Below the pieces are notes generated by a model. That model saw nothing but the letters and a program-made list of their open reading frames with translations, made no database searches and was not told the DNA's origin. From Prevotella sp. UBA2746 (GTDB lineage Bacteria; Bacteroidota; Bacteroidia; Bacteroidales; Bacteroidaceae): a DNA stretch of 64,000 nucleotides. The stretch lies in NCBI GenBank assembly GCA_002353555.1, contig DEJO01000018.1:1572-65571 (forward strand), in the 5' to 3' direction. This document shows positions 46,921-58,400 of the stretch, piece after piece (position 1 is the stretch's first letter; the number at the start of each line of letters is the position of its first letter). Position numbers and translations under genes: made by a program.

Positions 46921-49071
46921 ATGAAAAATAAGATATTAAAAACCATGTTCCTCGGCTGTGGGGTCTTTGCCTTGACAGCTTGTAGCGACTTCCTTAGCCC
47001 AGAGTCAAACTCTCTGACTGAAGACGCTAAGGTTTATGAGAACCCTGCATCAGCAGAACTGGCTGTCAACGGCATCTATGCCGACCTCTGCGGTGAGGTT
47101 TACAGCCAGCTGATGACCATCCATCAGGGTTCTGGTACCGACGTCGAACTGATCGACGGTATCGGAGCAACGGCAACAGCAGCCAGTGAGCGCGGTGCCA
47201 TGAACTACAACGCTACAGCCGGCGGCTGGGCTAAGTTAGGTTCTTTGTGGGAAGCACTCTACGGCATCGTGTTGGATTGCAACCGTGTAATCGATGGAAT
47301 CAACGCCAGCAAGACCTTCCTTGAGGGCAGTGATGATGAGAAGCGACAGTTAGGCAAGTTCCTGTCTGAAGCCTATACCATTCGTGCCATGGCTTACCTC
47401 GACCTGGTACGCGTCTTCGGTGATGTTCCTTTCATGGAGCATGCGTCAAAATCAGACCTCTCTAACGTCAACGTTGGAAAGACCGACCGCGATGCCATCC
47501 TTGACAACATGATTGTCAACTTGGAATGGGTTGTTGAGAATGGCTATCTGCCTTGGGTTGGTCAGGTGACCAGTGAGCATGTCAACATGGGCTATGCTGA
47601 GGCACTCTTGGCTAACATCTACATGACCCGCGCAGGCTATGCCATCCGCGAGGCTGGCGACCAGGCTGCCGGACAGCCCTACAGTGTCGACGCTAAGTTG
47701 GCTGCCGGCTATGTCAAGGCTGACTACTCTGACGATGTCTATCAGACGCTGCGTCCTTCTGATGAAGCCCGCAAGGAATATTACACCAAGGCTGCTGCAC
47801 ACCTGAAGAATGTCATCGACAAAGGCATCCACCGCATGAATCCTTCGTTCAAGGACGAGTGGTACAGAATCAACCAGTTGCAGCTCGACCAGACCTATTA
47901 TGAGAACATGTTCGAGATTCCTATGGGCTTCGGTAATGCCGGTGAGTTAGGCTACACCGTCGGTGTACGTCTGAACGACAGCAAGAAGAAGATGAACAAG
48001 ATTACCGACTATGGCTATACCAACTCTTCTGGTAAGCTGAAGACCACTGCCGTGCAGCTCTACTCTTACGCTGCCCACGACCAGCGTCGCGACGTTACCT
48101 GTGTCAACTACGAAATCGTTGACATCGACCGCTCTGTAACTACTGACGGCGGCACTTGGACAACGGCTGAAACCTTCCTGAGCAACAAACCGTTCGGTCT
48201 CTACATCGGCAAGTGGGACGTTCGCAAGATGTCTGACCGTTGGAGAAACCAGAACATCACTGCTACTGCCAAGTTCGGTTATGGTATCAACCCCGTCCGC
48301 ATGCGCTATCCGCAGGTTCTGCTCTGGTATGCTGAGTGTCTGAACGAGCTCAACGACGGACCTACCGCCGAGGCTAAGCAATATCTGAAGGACGTACACG
48401 CACGTGCATACTATGGTGACGAGGGCAACACGGAGCTGGCCAACTTCAACAGCTACATTGATGCCATCAGCGACAAGGATGCTTTCCTGGATGCTATCTG
48501 CGAGGAGAACAAACTGGAATTCTGCGGCGAAGGCTTCCGCAAGTGGGACCTCATCCGCTGGAACAAGCTGCACCAGGCTATCTGGAAGGCTAAGACAACG
48601 TATGTAAGCTGGAAGGACAAAGACTACTTCCAGGAGAAGATTTACTGGAAGTACACCGATGACACCGAGAAGAAGATTGACGATGCTTCCATCACATGGT
48701 ATGGTACCACCGATGTATGGCCAGGAACCATGAGTACGGTGAAGATGAGCAAGAAGACCGCTGTTGACAACGAATGGCTCGACGCCAACGGCTACCGCTC
48801 ACCGAAGGGCGTGCTCTATCCCGGACAAGGTGCTGAAGGAAAGGGCCTCAACGGTTGCAGCTACAACAAGGGTGCTTTCGGACAGGATCCGTCATCACTG
48901 TTGGTTGACCTGCCTTCTATCTGTGGCGGCCTCGTGGGTACGCAGATGCCTACTGCCAGCGGAAAGTGCAACGATACCGGCGTTACGGTGAAGAACCGCT
49001 ACCTGATGCCTATCTACACCAACGTCATCAACTCATCCAATGGTCGTCTGTATAATTCTTATGGATACTAA
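46921..49071 (+). CDS. SusD/RagB-like glycan-binding lipoprotein
   Basis: LTACSDFL lipobox, RAMAYLDLVRVFGDVP, MRYPQVLLWYAE, EFCGEGFRKWDLIRW. Confidence 0.94.
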   Translation: MKNKILKTMFLGCGVFALTACSDFLSPESNSLTEDAKVYENPASAELAVNGIYADLCGEVYSQLMTIHQGSGTDVELIDGIGATATAASERGAMNYNATAGGWAKLGSLWEALYGIVLDCNRVIDGINASKTFLEGSDDEKRQLGKFLSEAYTIRAMAYLDLVRVFGDVPFMEHASKSDLSNVNVGKTDRDAILDNMIVNLEWVVENGYLPWVGQVTSEHVNMGYAEALLANIYMTRAGYAIREAGDQAAGQPYSVDAKLAAGYVKADYSDDVYQTLRPSDEARKEYYTKAAAHLKNVIDKGIHRMNPSFKDEWYRINQLQLDQTYYENMFEIPMGFGNAGELGYTVGVRLNDSKKKMNKITDYGYTNSSGKLKTTAVQLYSYAAHDQRRDVTCVNYEIVDIDRSVTTDGGTWTTAETFLSNKPFGLYIGKWDVRKMSDRWRNQNITATAKFGYGINPVRMRYPQVLLWYAECLNELNDGPTAEAKQYLKDVHARAYYGDEGNTELANFNSYIDAISDKDAFLDAICEENKLEFCGEGFRKWDLIRWNKLHQAIWKAKTTYVSWKDKDYFQEKIYWKYTDDTEKKIDDASITWYGTTDVWPGTMSTVKMSKKTAVDNEWLDANGYRSPKGVLYPGQGAEGKGLNGCSYNKGAFGQDPSSLLVDLPSICGGLVGTQMPTASGKCNDTGVTVKNRYLMPIYTNVINSSNGRLYNSYGY

Positions 49072-49090
49072 TTTTAATCAATGAACAACA

Positions 49091-50371
49091 ATGAAAAAGA
49101 TTAATCAATATATCATTGCAGCAGCCATCCCCCTCCTGGGGATGCTGGCTGCCTGCACAGACGGAAACGACTGGACGGTAGACAACTCTGCCTCACGCCA
49201 GCGCACTCCGGACGGGCTGGAAGCTGAAATTGATTCGGCAACCCTGAACATGGAACTGAAATGGAACAAGGCCTCCGGAGCTACCGGCTATGAGGTACAG
49301 GTGAGCGAAACACCGCTGATGGCAGGTATCGATGAAACTGAAGGCATCGCTACGTTCACTACCGATGCCAGCCCGATGACCATCGACCGCATCAACGACA
49401 AGATTGAGATTAAGGAGAACACCACATACTATGTCCGCGTACGCGCTATTCAAGCAGGCAAGAACCCAAGTAAGTGGGCTACTGACGACATCGCAAGCGG
49501 TACCTATAAGGTGCAGTCTCCTGCCACCTTGTGGATTGATGACACGGGTGTAGGCGAGAAAGACCTCACCATGCAATGGATCAAGACGAAGTATGCCACC
49601 CCGACAACCATCGTCAACCAGAACACAGGTGAAAGCCACGAGATTACTGACGAAGAGAAGGAAGCCCTCAGCTATAAGGCTACTGGCTTGCAGGACGGTG
49701 TGGAATATACCTTCACCTTGCTTGACGAGAACGGTAACCAGATTGGTAAGACAACCAAGGCTACAGAAAAGGCTCCGAACATGGATTGGGCAATGTCTGT
49801 CATGGATCTCTCTACATGGGTTAAGGGTGGTACCACTTACCTCACTGACGGTAAATTCACTGTAGAAATGAACGACCACGGTGGCAAGTTCAAGGGTGAG
49901 TTTAAGGATATCCGCATGATCAGTCCGCTCAACGAAACCGGCGAGAAACTCAGTTTCTACAGATTCAACACCAATACCAAGGAGTTCTATTCTATTGATG
50001 ACTGGGATCCTGAAACGAGCCAGTTTGATCCGAACAAGTCTAAGGAATACATCAAGCTGACGATTCCTGCAAAGGGACGTCTCTATGTTTATGCATACAC
50101 TGGAACAGCCGGACGTACGATGGTTGTAGCAAAGAGGGATATCAACCCGACAACCAATGAGATGACTGAAGAAAAGATCTTCGACAAAGCATTGGATAGC
50201 AACTTGAAGGACAATGCTCCTGAAGGCGATGCTGTGAAGTACGAGAAGATATACATCACTGAAGCTGGTGACTACTATGTCAGCAGCCCAAATGGAGCTA
50301 TCTATATCTACGGCTTCATCTTCGTTCCCGACGAGGAGATTAAACAAGATCCCATTGATGTGATCAATTAA
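49091..50371 (+). CDS. FN3-containing surface lipoprotein (putative surface glycan-binding protein)
   Basis: LAAC lipobox; WNKASGATGYEV, NTTYYVRVRA; position after susD. Confidence 0.72.
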   Translation: MKKINQYIIAAAIPLLGMLAACTDGNDWTVDNSASRQRTPDGLEAEIDSATLNMELKWNKASGATGYEVQVSETPLMAGIDETEGIATFTTDASPMTIDRINDKIEIKENTTYYVRVRAIQAGKNPSKWATDDIASGTYKVQSPATLWIDDTGVGEKDLTMQWIKTKYATPTTIVNQNTGESHEITDEEKEALSYKATGLQDGVEYTFTLLDENGNQIGKTTKATEKAPNMDWAMSVMDLSTWVKGGTTYLTDGKFTVEMNDHGGKFKGEFKDIRMISPLNETGEKLSFYRFNTNTKEFYSIDDWDPETSQFDPNKSKEYIKLTIPAKGRLYVYAYTGTAGRTMVVAKRDINPTTNEMTEEKIFDKALDSNLKDNAPEGDAVKYEKIYITEAGDYYVSSPNGAIYIYGFIFVPDEEIKQDPIDVIN

Positions 50372-50393
50372 GGAACCATTCAACCTCTATATC

Positions 50394-50425
50394 AAGAAGG
50401 AGTGCCGTGCGGCACTCCTTCTTTC
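50394..50425 (+). terminator. Rho-independent terminator
   Basis: aagaaggagtgccg / cggcactccttctt stem followed by t. Confidence 0.75.
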
Positions 50426-50564
50426 ATGGTAAGCATAAGTAGAAAATGCCTAAGCGATAGAAATGTCACTATCGTCACCGACCAACATTTTCCTCCCTTT
50501 CATTTGCAGGTTAAGAAATTAGTTGTATATTTGCAGATGGAAAATAACTAAGAAATTAAAGAAT

Positions 50565-52109
50565 ATGAAAAGATTATCCCTTTTAGTGTATCTCGTCTCC
50601 GCCGTGCTCTTCGTAGCCTGCGGCGGTGGTGACGACAGTGGCTCCGGCGGTGGCGGCGGAGGCTCCACAGGTAACTTACCCGTAAAAACGAAGGCACGCG
50701 ATCTGGCGTTCCCCGGTGCCGACGGTGGTGCCAGCAAGATTACAGGCGGTGCCGAAGGTAGCGTGTATATCGTCAACAGCCTGGCCGACGACGGCAGTCA
50801 GGGAACGTTACGTGCAGCCTTGCAAAGCGGCAACCGGTTCATCGTCTTCGCCGTCGGCGGACAGATTAACCTGAATCAGAAGTTAGAGATCAAAGCATCG
50901 AACATCACGATTGCCGGACAGAGTGCTCCCGGTGGCGGCATCACGGTTGCCGGCTATCCTGTCTACATCAGTGGCGACAACGTCATCATCCGCTACATGC
51001 GCTTCCGCATGGGTGATCAAAATGGAGGCAAAGCTAACTTTGATCCAGAAGACGGCGACGCTCTTGGTGGAAAGGACTGCAAGAATGTGCTCATCGACCA
51101 CTGCTCCATCTCTTGGAGTACCGACGAATGTGCCTCGTTCTCACGCATCACCAACTTCACCATGCAGTACTGCATAATCTCTGAAAGTCTAAAGAAATCT
51201 ACCCACGTAAAGGGTAACCACGGCTACGGTGGCATCTGGGGCGGTGTCAATGCGTCCTACCACCACAACCTGCTTGCCTGCCACGATTCCCGTAACCCGC
51301 GCTTCGACCACGGCTATGTGGCACGAGCTTTCGGCGGACCCATTGACTATGTGAACAACGTGGTCTACGGATGGGGCGGCAACTCTACATACGGCGGCGA
51401 GACAGGCAACACCAATGTCTTCCATATCAACATGCAGAACAACTACTATAAGCCGGCTTCCTACTCTTCGCACAAGGACCGACTGATAGAAATCACGACG
51501 ATGTGCGGCAACTGTACCAACAACATTGCTCCCTGCGAGTGTACGCCCGCCCAGCTCTACATCAACGGCAATCAGGTCAACAACGTGAGCAACAAAGACT
51601 GGGACGGTGTTGATTGGGGTAAGACGACGAAAGCCAACAATACCACTTACACCGACAGCCGTTCCAATGAAACCCTGCTCAGCATGTCTAAGCTCAACAG
51701 CCGCTGGACAACAGGCTTGACGAAACTCACCTTCACAGAGAGTGCTACGAACGCCTACAACAGCGTATTGAACTGTGCCGGTGCCTCACTGATTCGCGAT
51801 GGCGTTGACAATCGTGTCATCAACAATGTCCGTAATGGTTCTGGTAGTTTGATCAACTCACAGAGCGATGTCGGTGGTTACCCAGCCCTTGCTCCTGGAA
51901 CGGCTCTGACCGACACCGACAAAGATGGTATGCCGGACAATTGGGAGATTGCCGAGATGCAGAAACTTGGTGTTACGGGTAAAGCCGTCAGCGAGTTCAA
52001 GCCCAATGCTTACAACATCACGGGCAAATACACCAATCTGGAAGTGTATATGAACGAACTGGTAATGGAAACCTTCCCCGGTGGTGCTAATGCTACGGCT
52101 ACACGATAA
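50565..52109 (+). CDS. Pectate lyase PL1 lipoprotein
   Basis: FVAC lipobox; AFPGADG, TIAGQSAPG, IDHCSISW, RNPRF, DTDKDGMPDNWE. Confidence 0.92.
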   Translation: MKRLSLLVYLVSAVLFVACGGGDDSGSGGGGGGSTGNLPVKTKARDLAFPGADGGASKITGGAEGSVYIVNSLADDGSQGTLRAALQSGNRFIVFAVGGQINLNQKLEIKASNITIAGQSAPGGGITVAGYPVYISGDNVIIRYMRFRMGDQNGGKANFDPEDGDALGGKDCKNVLIDHCSISWSTDECASFSRITNFTMQYCIISESLKKSTHVKGNHGYGGIWGGVNASYHHNLLACHDSRNPRFDHGYVARAFGGPIDYVNNVVYGWGGNSTYGGETGNTNVFHINMQNNYYKPASYSSHKDRLIEITTMCGNCTNNIAPCECTPAQLYINGNQVNNVSNKDWDGVDWGKTTKANNTTYTDSRSNETLLSMSKLNSRWTTGLTKLTFTESATNAYNSVLNCAGASLIRDGVDNRVINNVRNGSGSLINSQSDVGGYPALAPGTALTDTDKDGMPDNWEIAEMQKLGVTGKAVSEFKPNAYNITGKYTNLEVYMNELVMETFPGGANATATR

Positions 52110-52130
52110 CCCCTGATCATCACTACTATA

Positions 52131-52170
52131 AGGCTCACCATAAAAACGGGTGAGCCTTTTTTTTCTTTTT
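52131..52170 (+). terminator. Rho-independent terminator
   Basis: aggctcacc-loop-ggtgagcct followed by a T-tract. Confidence 0.8.
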
Positions 52171-52254
52171 CCTCTCATTTCGCCAATAATTCCACCCTTA
52201 ATTCTGCCTTTTCTTCATACCTTTGCGCCAGAAAACCTAAATGGAAGATTACAT

Positions 52255-53769
52255 ATGAAGAAGAAAATGATGATGATGGGACTGATGCTATTAGGGTGGC
52301 TCAGCCTGAGTGCACAACAAAAGACACCGGCATTTCCCGGAGCCGAAGGCTTCGGCATGTATACCACTGGCGGTCGTGGTGGCAAGGTTTATCACGTAAC
52401 AACAATTGAGGACAACGAGCAACCGGGTTCTCTCCGTCATGCCTTGAACCAGAAAGGACCGCGAACGATTGTGTTCGATGTGTCGGGAACCATCCACCTG
52501 ACCTCAGAGCTGAAGGTCAAGAACGGCGACGTGACCATTGCCGGACAGACGGCACCCGGCGACGGCATCTGCATTGCCGACCATCCGTTTGTCATCTCCT
52601 GCGACAACATCATCATCCGCTACATGCGCTTCCGCTTAGGCAACAAGTTCATTGCCGACCATGAGGGCGACGGTCTCGGCTCGATGGACCACGACAACAT
52701 CATCGTGGACCACTGCTCCGTCAGCTGGAGCATCGACGAATGCCTGTCGGTCTATGGCGGAAAGAACATCACCGTACAGTGGTGCATCGCCTCTCAGAGT
52801 CTCCGCAACTCAGGACATGCCAAGGGCAGCCACGGCTATGGCGGCAACTGGGGCGGCAGCGGTGCCTCCTACCACCACAACCTGCTGGCTCACCACGACT
52901 CACGCTGCCCACGCTTAGGTCCGCGTGTAGGCACGCAGACCGATGAACGTGTAGACATCCGCAACAACGTGTTCTACAACTGGGGCGGCAACGGCTGCTA
53001 CGGCGGCGAAGGTCAGAACGTGAACATCGTCAACAACTACTACAAGCCCGGTCCCGGCACCAAGAAGCGTGGTGAACGTATAGCCACACGCATTGCCCAG
53101 ATTAACATAAGAACAACCCAATACACCCACCACGACACCGACAGCCCCAACAAGTGGGACGTGATGTGGCACCGTTGGGGCAAGTACTTCATCGACGGCA
53201 ACATCAATGCCAGCTATGGCGACGTGACGGATGACAACTGGAACGAAGGCGTCTACCCGCAGATAGACAACGAGAAGTGCGACGGCACCTTCACCCAAGA
53301 GACCAAAGACACCATCCGACTCTCACAGCCTATCCCTTATCCTACCACTACCACTCACGATGCCAAGACCGCTTACGAGCGCGTACTCGCCTATGCCGGT
53401 GCCAGCCTGCACCGCGACTGGGTTGACGAACTGATGGTCTCAGACACCCGGAAGGGTGTTGCCAGCCACACAGGTGTGCTGAAAGACAAGAAAGGACGTA
53501 ACAATATCCCCGGAATCATCGACTCTCAGGAAGACAACAAGCCTGACGATGCCGGTGCTGACTGGCAGGCATGGCCTGTACTGAAGAGCGAACCTGCACC
53601 GAAAGACACTGACGGCGACGGAATGCCCGACGCATGGGAGACAGCCAACGGACTGAACCCGAACGATGTAGCCGACGGGAACAAGACCGACAAAGAGGGA
53701 TATACCAATCTGGAACGCTACCTGAACTCTATCGTAGCCGACATCACAACTCAACAGAACCTGAAATGA
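52255..53769 (+). CDS. Pectate lyase PL1
   Basis: AFPGAEGFG.YTTGGRGG, VDHCSVSW, RCPRL, DTDGDGMPDAWE, YTNLERYLN. Confidence 0.93.
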   Translation: MKKKMMMMGLMLLGWLSLSAQQKTPAFPGAEGFGMYTTGGRGGKVYHVTTIEDNEQPGSLRHALNQKGPRTIVFDVSGTIHLTSELKVKNGDVTIAGQTAPGDGICIADHPFVISCDNIIIRYMRFRLGNKFIADHEGDGLGSMDHDNIIVDHCSVSWSIDECLSVYGGKNITVQWCIASQSLRNSGHAKGSHGYGGNWGGSGASYHHNLLAHHDSRCPRLGPRVGTQTDERVDIRNNVFYNWGGNGCYGGEGQNVNIVNNYYKPGPGTKKRGERIATRIAQINIRTTQYTHHDTDSPNKWDVMWHRWGKYFIDGNINASYGDVTDDNWNEGVYPQIDNEKCDGTFTQETKDTIRLSQPIPYPTTTTHDAKTAYERVLAYAGASLHRDWVDELMVSDTRKGVASHTGVLKDKKGRNNIPGIIDSQEDNKPDDAGADWQAWPVLKSEPAPKDTDGDGMPDAWETANGLNPNDVADGNKTDKEGYTNLERYLNSIVADITTQQNLK

Positions 53770-55436
53770 TGAAAACAGTATTTGCATCGCTGCTCATGCT
53801 TCTCACAGGCATGCATGCTGCGGCACAGACACCGGCATTCCCTGGTGCAGAGGGCTTCGGACGCTATACCACAGGCGGACGCGGCGGAACAGTCTACCAC
53901 GTGACAACCCTGGCTGACAACAGCCAGCAAGGTTCCTTCCGATACGCTTGCGAACGTAGCGGTCGCCGCACCGTCGTCTTCGACGTTTCGGGAACCATCC
54001 ATCTGCAAAGGGAACTCGCCATCAAGGGAGATGTCACCATTGCCGGACAGACGGCACCCGGTGACGGCATCTGCGTTGCCGACTACCCCGTGACACTCTC
54101 TGGCAACAACGTCATCATCCGCTACCTGCGCTTCCGCCTCGGCAACAAGAATGTAAGCAAGCACGAAGGCGACGGCTTCGGCTCGATGGACCATAACAAC
54201 ATCATCATTGACCACTGCTCGGTCAGCTGGAGCATCGACGAATGTCTGTCGGTCTATGGCGGACAGAACCTCACCGTGCAATGGTGCATCGCCGCGCAGA
54301 GCCTGAAGAATGCCGGACACAGCAAGGGCAGCCACGGCTACGGCGGCAACTGGGGCGGCTACAAGGCTTCGTACCACCACAACCTCATTGCCCACAACGA
54401 GAGCCGCACGCCGCGTCTGGGTCCGCGCCCCGGCACACAGCAACATGAACACATGGACATGCGCAACAACGTCATCTACAACTGGGCTGGCGAAGGTTGC
54501 TACGGCGGTGAGGGCATGAACGTAAACATCGTGAACAACTACTACAAGCCCGGTCCGGCAACCATCAAGAAGGTCAACGAAAACAATAGCGACCTCATCG
54601 GCAAGCGCATCGCCAAGATCGGCATCCGCACCACTGCCTATACCAAACACGACACATCGAAACCCAACGAATGGGACGTGATGTGGCACAAATGGGGAAC
54701 ATTCTATGTGGACGGCAACTACAACAGCCAGTATCAAGACGTGACAGCCGACAACTGGAGCAACGGCATATACAACCAGATCAGCAATGATGCCAGCGTA
54801 GACTATACCTTTACCGACCAAGTGAAGCAGGACATGAGGCTGAGCCTGCCACTGAACTACGAAAGTGTGACGACCCACAGCGCACAGACGGCATACGAGC
54901 GCGTGCTCGACTATGCCGGTGCCAGCCTGCACCGTGACGCTCTGGACGACATCATCGTGGCTGACACCCGCAACGGTGTTGCCACCGCTACAGGCAGCGG
55001 CAATCTCAGCGGCATCATCAACACGCAGGGCGATGTCTCCGGCTACATCACGGGCAGCGACAGCCCGTGGCCCACGCTCAACAGCCAGCCGATGGCAACA
55101 GACACTGACGGTGACGGCATGCCCGACACATGGGAAGACAGTCACGGACTGAAGAAGAACGATGGCAGCGACGGCAAGACCGTCACTACCGGCGGCTATA
55201 CCCATCTGGAGATATACCTCAACTCACTGGTAGAAAACATCACCACGGCACAGAATGCCGACGGCATCGCCATGAGCGGACAGCAAGTCTTCGTCACCAA
55301 CGGGATAGAAAGCCACACCATCGCCCCCTCTCCTACCAGTCGTGAACGTTATTGCTACTCGCTTACCGGTCAGAGAGTGGACAACAACTACAGAGGAATT
55401 GTCATCAGAAACGGCAGAAAATTCGTCATCAAATGA
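53766..55436 (+). CDS. Pectate lyase PL1 with C-terminal sorting tail (paralogue of the preceding gene)
   Basis: Same motifs; tail YSLTGQRV...RGIVIRNGRKFVIK. Confidence 0.93.
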   Translation: MMKTVFASLLMLLTGMHAAAQTPAFPGAEGFGRYTTGGRGGTVYHVTTLADNSQQGSFRYACERSGRRTVVFDVSGTIHLQRELAIKGDVTIAGQTAPGDGICVADYPVTLSGNNVIIRYLRFRLGNKNVSKHEGDGFGSMDHNNIIIDHCSVSWSIDECLSVYGGQNLTVQWCIAAQSLKNAGHSKGSHGYGGNWGGYKASYHHNLIAHNESRTPRLGPRPGTQQHEHMDMRNNVIYNWAGEGCYGGEGMNVNIVNNYYKPGPATIKKVNENNSDLIGKRIAKIGIRTTAYTKHDTSKPNEWDVMWHKWGTFYVDGNYNSQYQDVTADNWSNGIYNQISNDASVDYTFTDQVKQDMRLSLPLNYESVTTHSAQTAYERVLDYAGASLHRDALDDIIVADTRNGVATATGSGNLSGIINTQGDVSGYITGSDSPWPTLNSQPMATDTDGDGMPDTWEDSHGLKKNDGSDGKTVTTGGYTHLEIYLNSLVENITTAQNADGIAMSGQQVFVTNGIESHTIAPSPTSRERYCYSLTGQRVDNNYRGIVIRNGRKFVIK

Positions 55437-55467
55437 TAGAAAACAAATAATTTCAAACCTAATCAAA

Positions 55468-58400
55468 ATGAAGAAGAGAACATTATCACTATTCGCAGCC
55501 GCCTTATTGCTCGGCGGCAACCTCATGGCACAAGACCTGGAGAAGTATCCGTGGTTGGACAAGTCGAAATCATTCCACGAACGTGCGGTACTATTGGTCA
55601 AGGAGCTCACCCTTCGTGAGAAAGTCGATCAGTTGGGAAACAATGTCAGCGAAGCCATCAAGCGCGACGGCGTTGTTATCGTCCCCTCCTATCAGTATTG
55701 GAACGAAGCACTCCACGGCGTTGCCCGTTCGGGTGCCGCCACCAGCTTCCCTGAGTCGAAAGGTATGTCCTGCACCTGGAATCCGCAATTGGTGTTCGAC
55801 TGTGCCAATGCCATTTCCGATGAAGCCCGATGGTATCACGTCAACAAGGGCAAGGGACTCAACTACTGGAGTCCCACCATCAACATGGCTCGTGACCCAC
55901 GATGGGGACGTGAAGAAGAGAACTACGGTGAAGACCCGTTCCTTGCCGGCACACTGGGTGTACAGTTCATCAAGGGCTTCCAAGGTGAGATTACCCCAGA
56001 GACACCTTATTATAAATTAGTAGCAACAGCCAAGCACTTTGCTGCCAACAACTATGAGCGCGGCAGGCAGTCTACCACCTCGTTCGTTACAGAGAAGAAC
56101 ATGCGAGAATACTACCTGCCAGCCTTCAAGATGTGTGTCGAGCAGGCTGACGTGAAGAGCATCATGGCAGCCTACAACGCCCTTTCTACCAACAAAGACG
56201 AGAAGGATGCCAACAACAAGGGCTATGCCAATGCTCACGGCGGTCTGCCTTGTGCCGGAAACAAGATGCTGCTCACCGACATCCTGCGCAAGGAGTGGGG
56301 CTTCTCCGGCTATGTCACCAGCGACTGTGCAGGTGTGGCATGCATCCACCGTGCTACCAAGCACTTGTATTTCGGTCCCTATACAGCCGGAAACATCAAC
56401 ACCAACAAGGAGTTTGATGCTATTCACAACCCATACGGCAGTGCCACTCCAGAGGAAATTATGATGGAAGCACGGTCAGCATCGCTTGCCATCAAGGCCG
56501 GTCTGGACACCAACTGCGAGTTCATGAGCCAATCATCGGTATTGCAACGTGCTGCCGTCAATGCCGCAACTCCTGAGTTCCAAGCCCAAGAGCAGGCAGC
56601 ACCCAACGGTCTGAAGTATGTCACCCTCACCGAAGAGGACATCGACCAGGCTGTTATCCGAGTCCTGGAGACCCGCTTTGCCTTGGGAGAGTTCGACAAC
56701 TATGTCTATCCCGTAGACAACACTTTGGAGAGTGAAGCCAACCAAGCCTTGGCATTGAAGGCAGCCCAGGAGAGTATCGTGCTGATGAAGAACGAGAAAG
56801 CTACCGAGAGCGATGCCGCTCCGCTGCTGCCCATCAGCGCCGACAAGAAAGTTGCCCTCATCGGTCCCTACGCCAACCAGATCATGCTGGGCGACTACAG
56901 CGGCACTCCGACCTACACCACCACCCCCTTCGAGGCTTTCAGCAAGAAGATGAACTTCGAGCCTAAGAAAGACACCTACAACTTCCTGGACTACAACAGC
57001 TTCTATGCCAAACGCGGTGAAACGAAGTTCCGCGACGGCGACCACATAGGCAACACCAGCAACGGCGACTGGATAGTCTTCGACGAGATAGACTTCGGCG
57101 AGGGATGCACCAACTTCACCTGTCTGGCTGCCACCCGCCTCACCAAGAGCGGCGATGTCGTAGACGGCAGCAAGTCGGGCATCGGACACATCGACTTCTA
57201 TCTTGACGATGCCACAACCCCGTCGCTCACCGTCAGCAATGCCGACATTGCTGCTGGCAACTGGACTACCTATAAGGAAATCAGTCAGGATATCGACAAG
57301 ACTGTCTTCCAAGGCAAGCACAAGGTGACCATCCGCTTTGTCGCTGATGCAGGCATGAACTACGCCGGCAACTGGAAGACCTTCAGCTTCTTCAATCCCG
57401 AATCACGCCCTCTGGAAGAACAGGGACCGCTCTATATGGTAGAGACGTCAACATCGGTCAACGAGGTGGCAACAACAGAGATGATCAACCGTGCCAAGGC
57501 TGTTGCCCAGAAAGCCGACGTAGTGGTCTTCATTGGCGGCACCGACTACAGCAAACCCGATGACCATGCCACTGGTACCGAAGGCCACGACCGCTGGAAG
57601 ATTACGCTCCCCGGCAACCAGGAAGAGGTGCTGAAGGCCGTCAAGGAGGTCAACCCCAACGTCGTACTCGTCCTGGAGAGCGGCTCCTCGCTCGACATCA
57701 CATGGGCAAAAGCCAACATCCCTGCCATCATTGAGGCATGGTATGGCGGTCAGGCACAGGGACAAGCCATCTGCGACGCCATCTATGGCGACATCAACCC
57801 CGGTGGCAAGCTCACCTCTACATGGTATAACAGCGTTGAGGAACTGCCATCAGCCAACAGCAATGCACAAAACTACTCCAGCTTCGGACGCGAAGGCATG
57901 ATGGAATACAACATCGACGACTGGGGCTACACCTATATGTATTATGGCAAGGGAAAGAAAAATCCCTGTCAGGCGGCAAAGCCCATGTACCCCTTCGGCT
58001 ACGGACTGAGCTATACCACTTTCAGCTATGGCGGTTTCAACATTCCCGACAACTTCAACATCGGACAGACGAAAGACGTAACGCTGACAGTAACGAACAC
58101 GGGAACGCGCCCTGGAGATGAAGTCATCCAGGTCTATGCCTCCTTCCCAGGCTCCACCGTCGGCCGCCCCATCAAGAAACTCGTCGGCTTCCAGCGAGTC
58201 ACCGTTCCTGCCGGTGAGACTGTAGCGGTAACGATACCCGTTTCTCACGAGAACTTCTCCTACTTCGACGAGACCACCCACACCTTCCGCACCGAGAGTG
58301 CTGCAGAGTTGCAGGTCGCCACGTCAAGTGCCGACGAAGACGTGAAGTACAAGCAGCAGGTTGTCACCGAAGCCGGCACGGTAGGCGAGACGTATATCTC

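Noticed and set aside
53751-55205. Long antisense ORFs (this one, 60527-61975, 32791-33888, 49193-50383 and others)
   Set aside because: Expected shadows of genes with strong third-position GC bias; no recognisable motifs.
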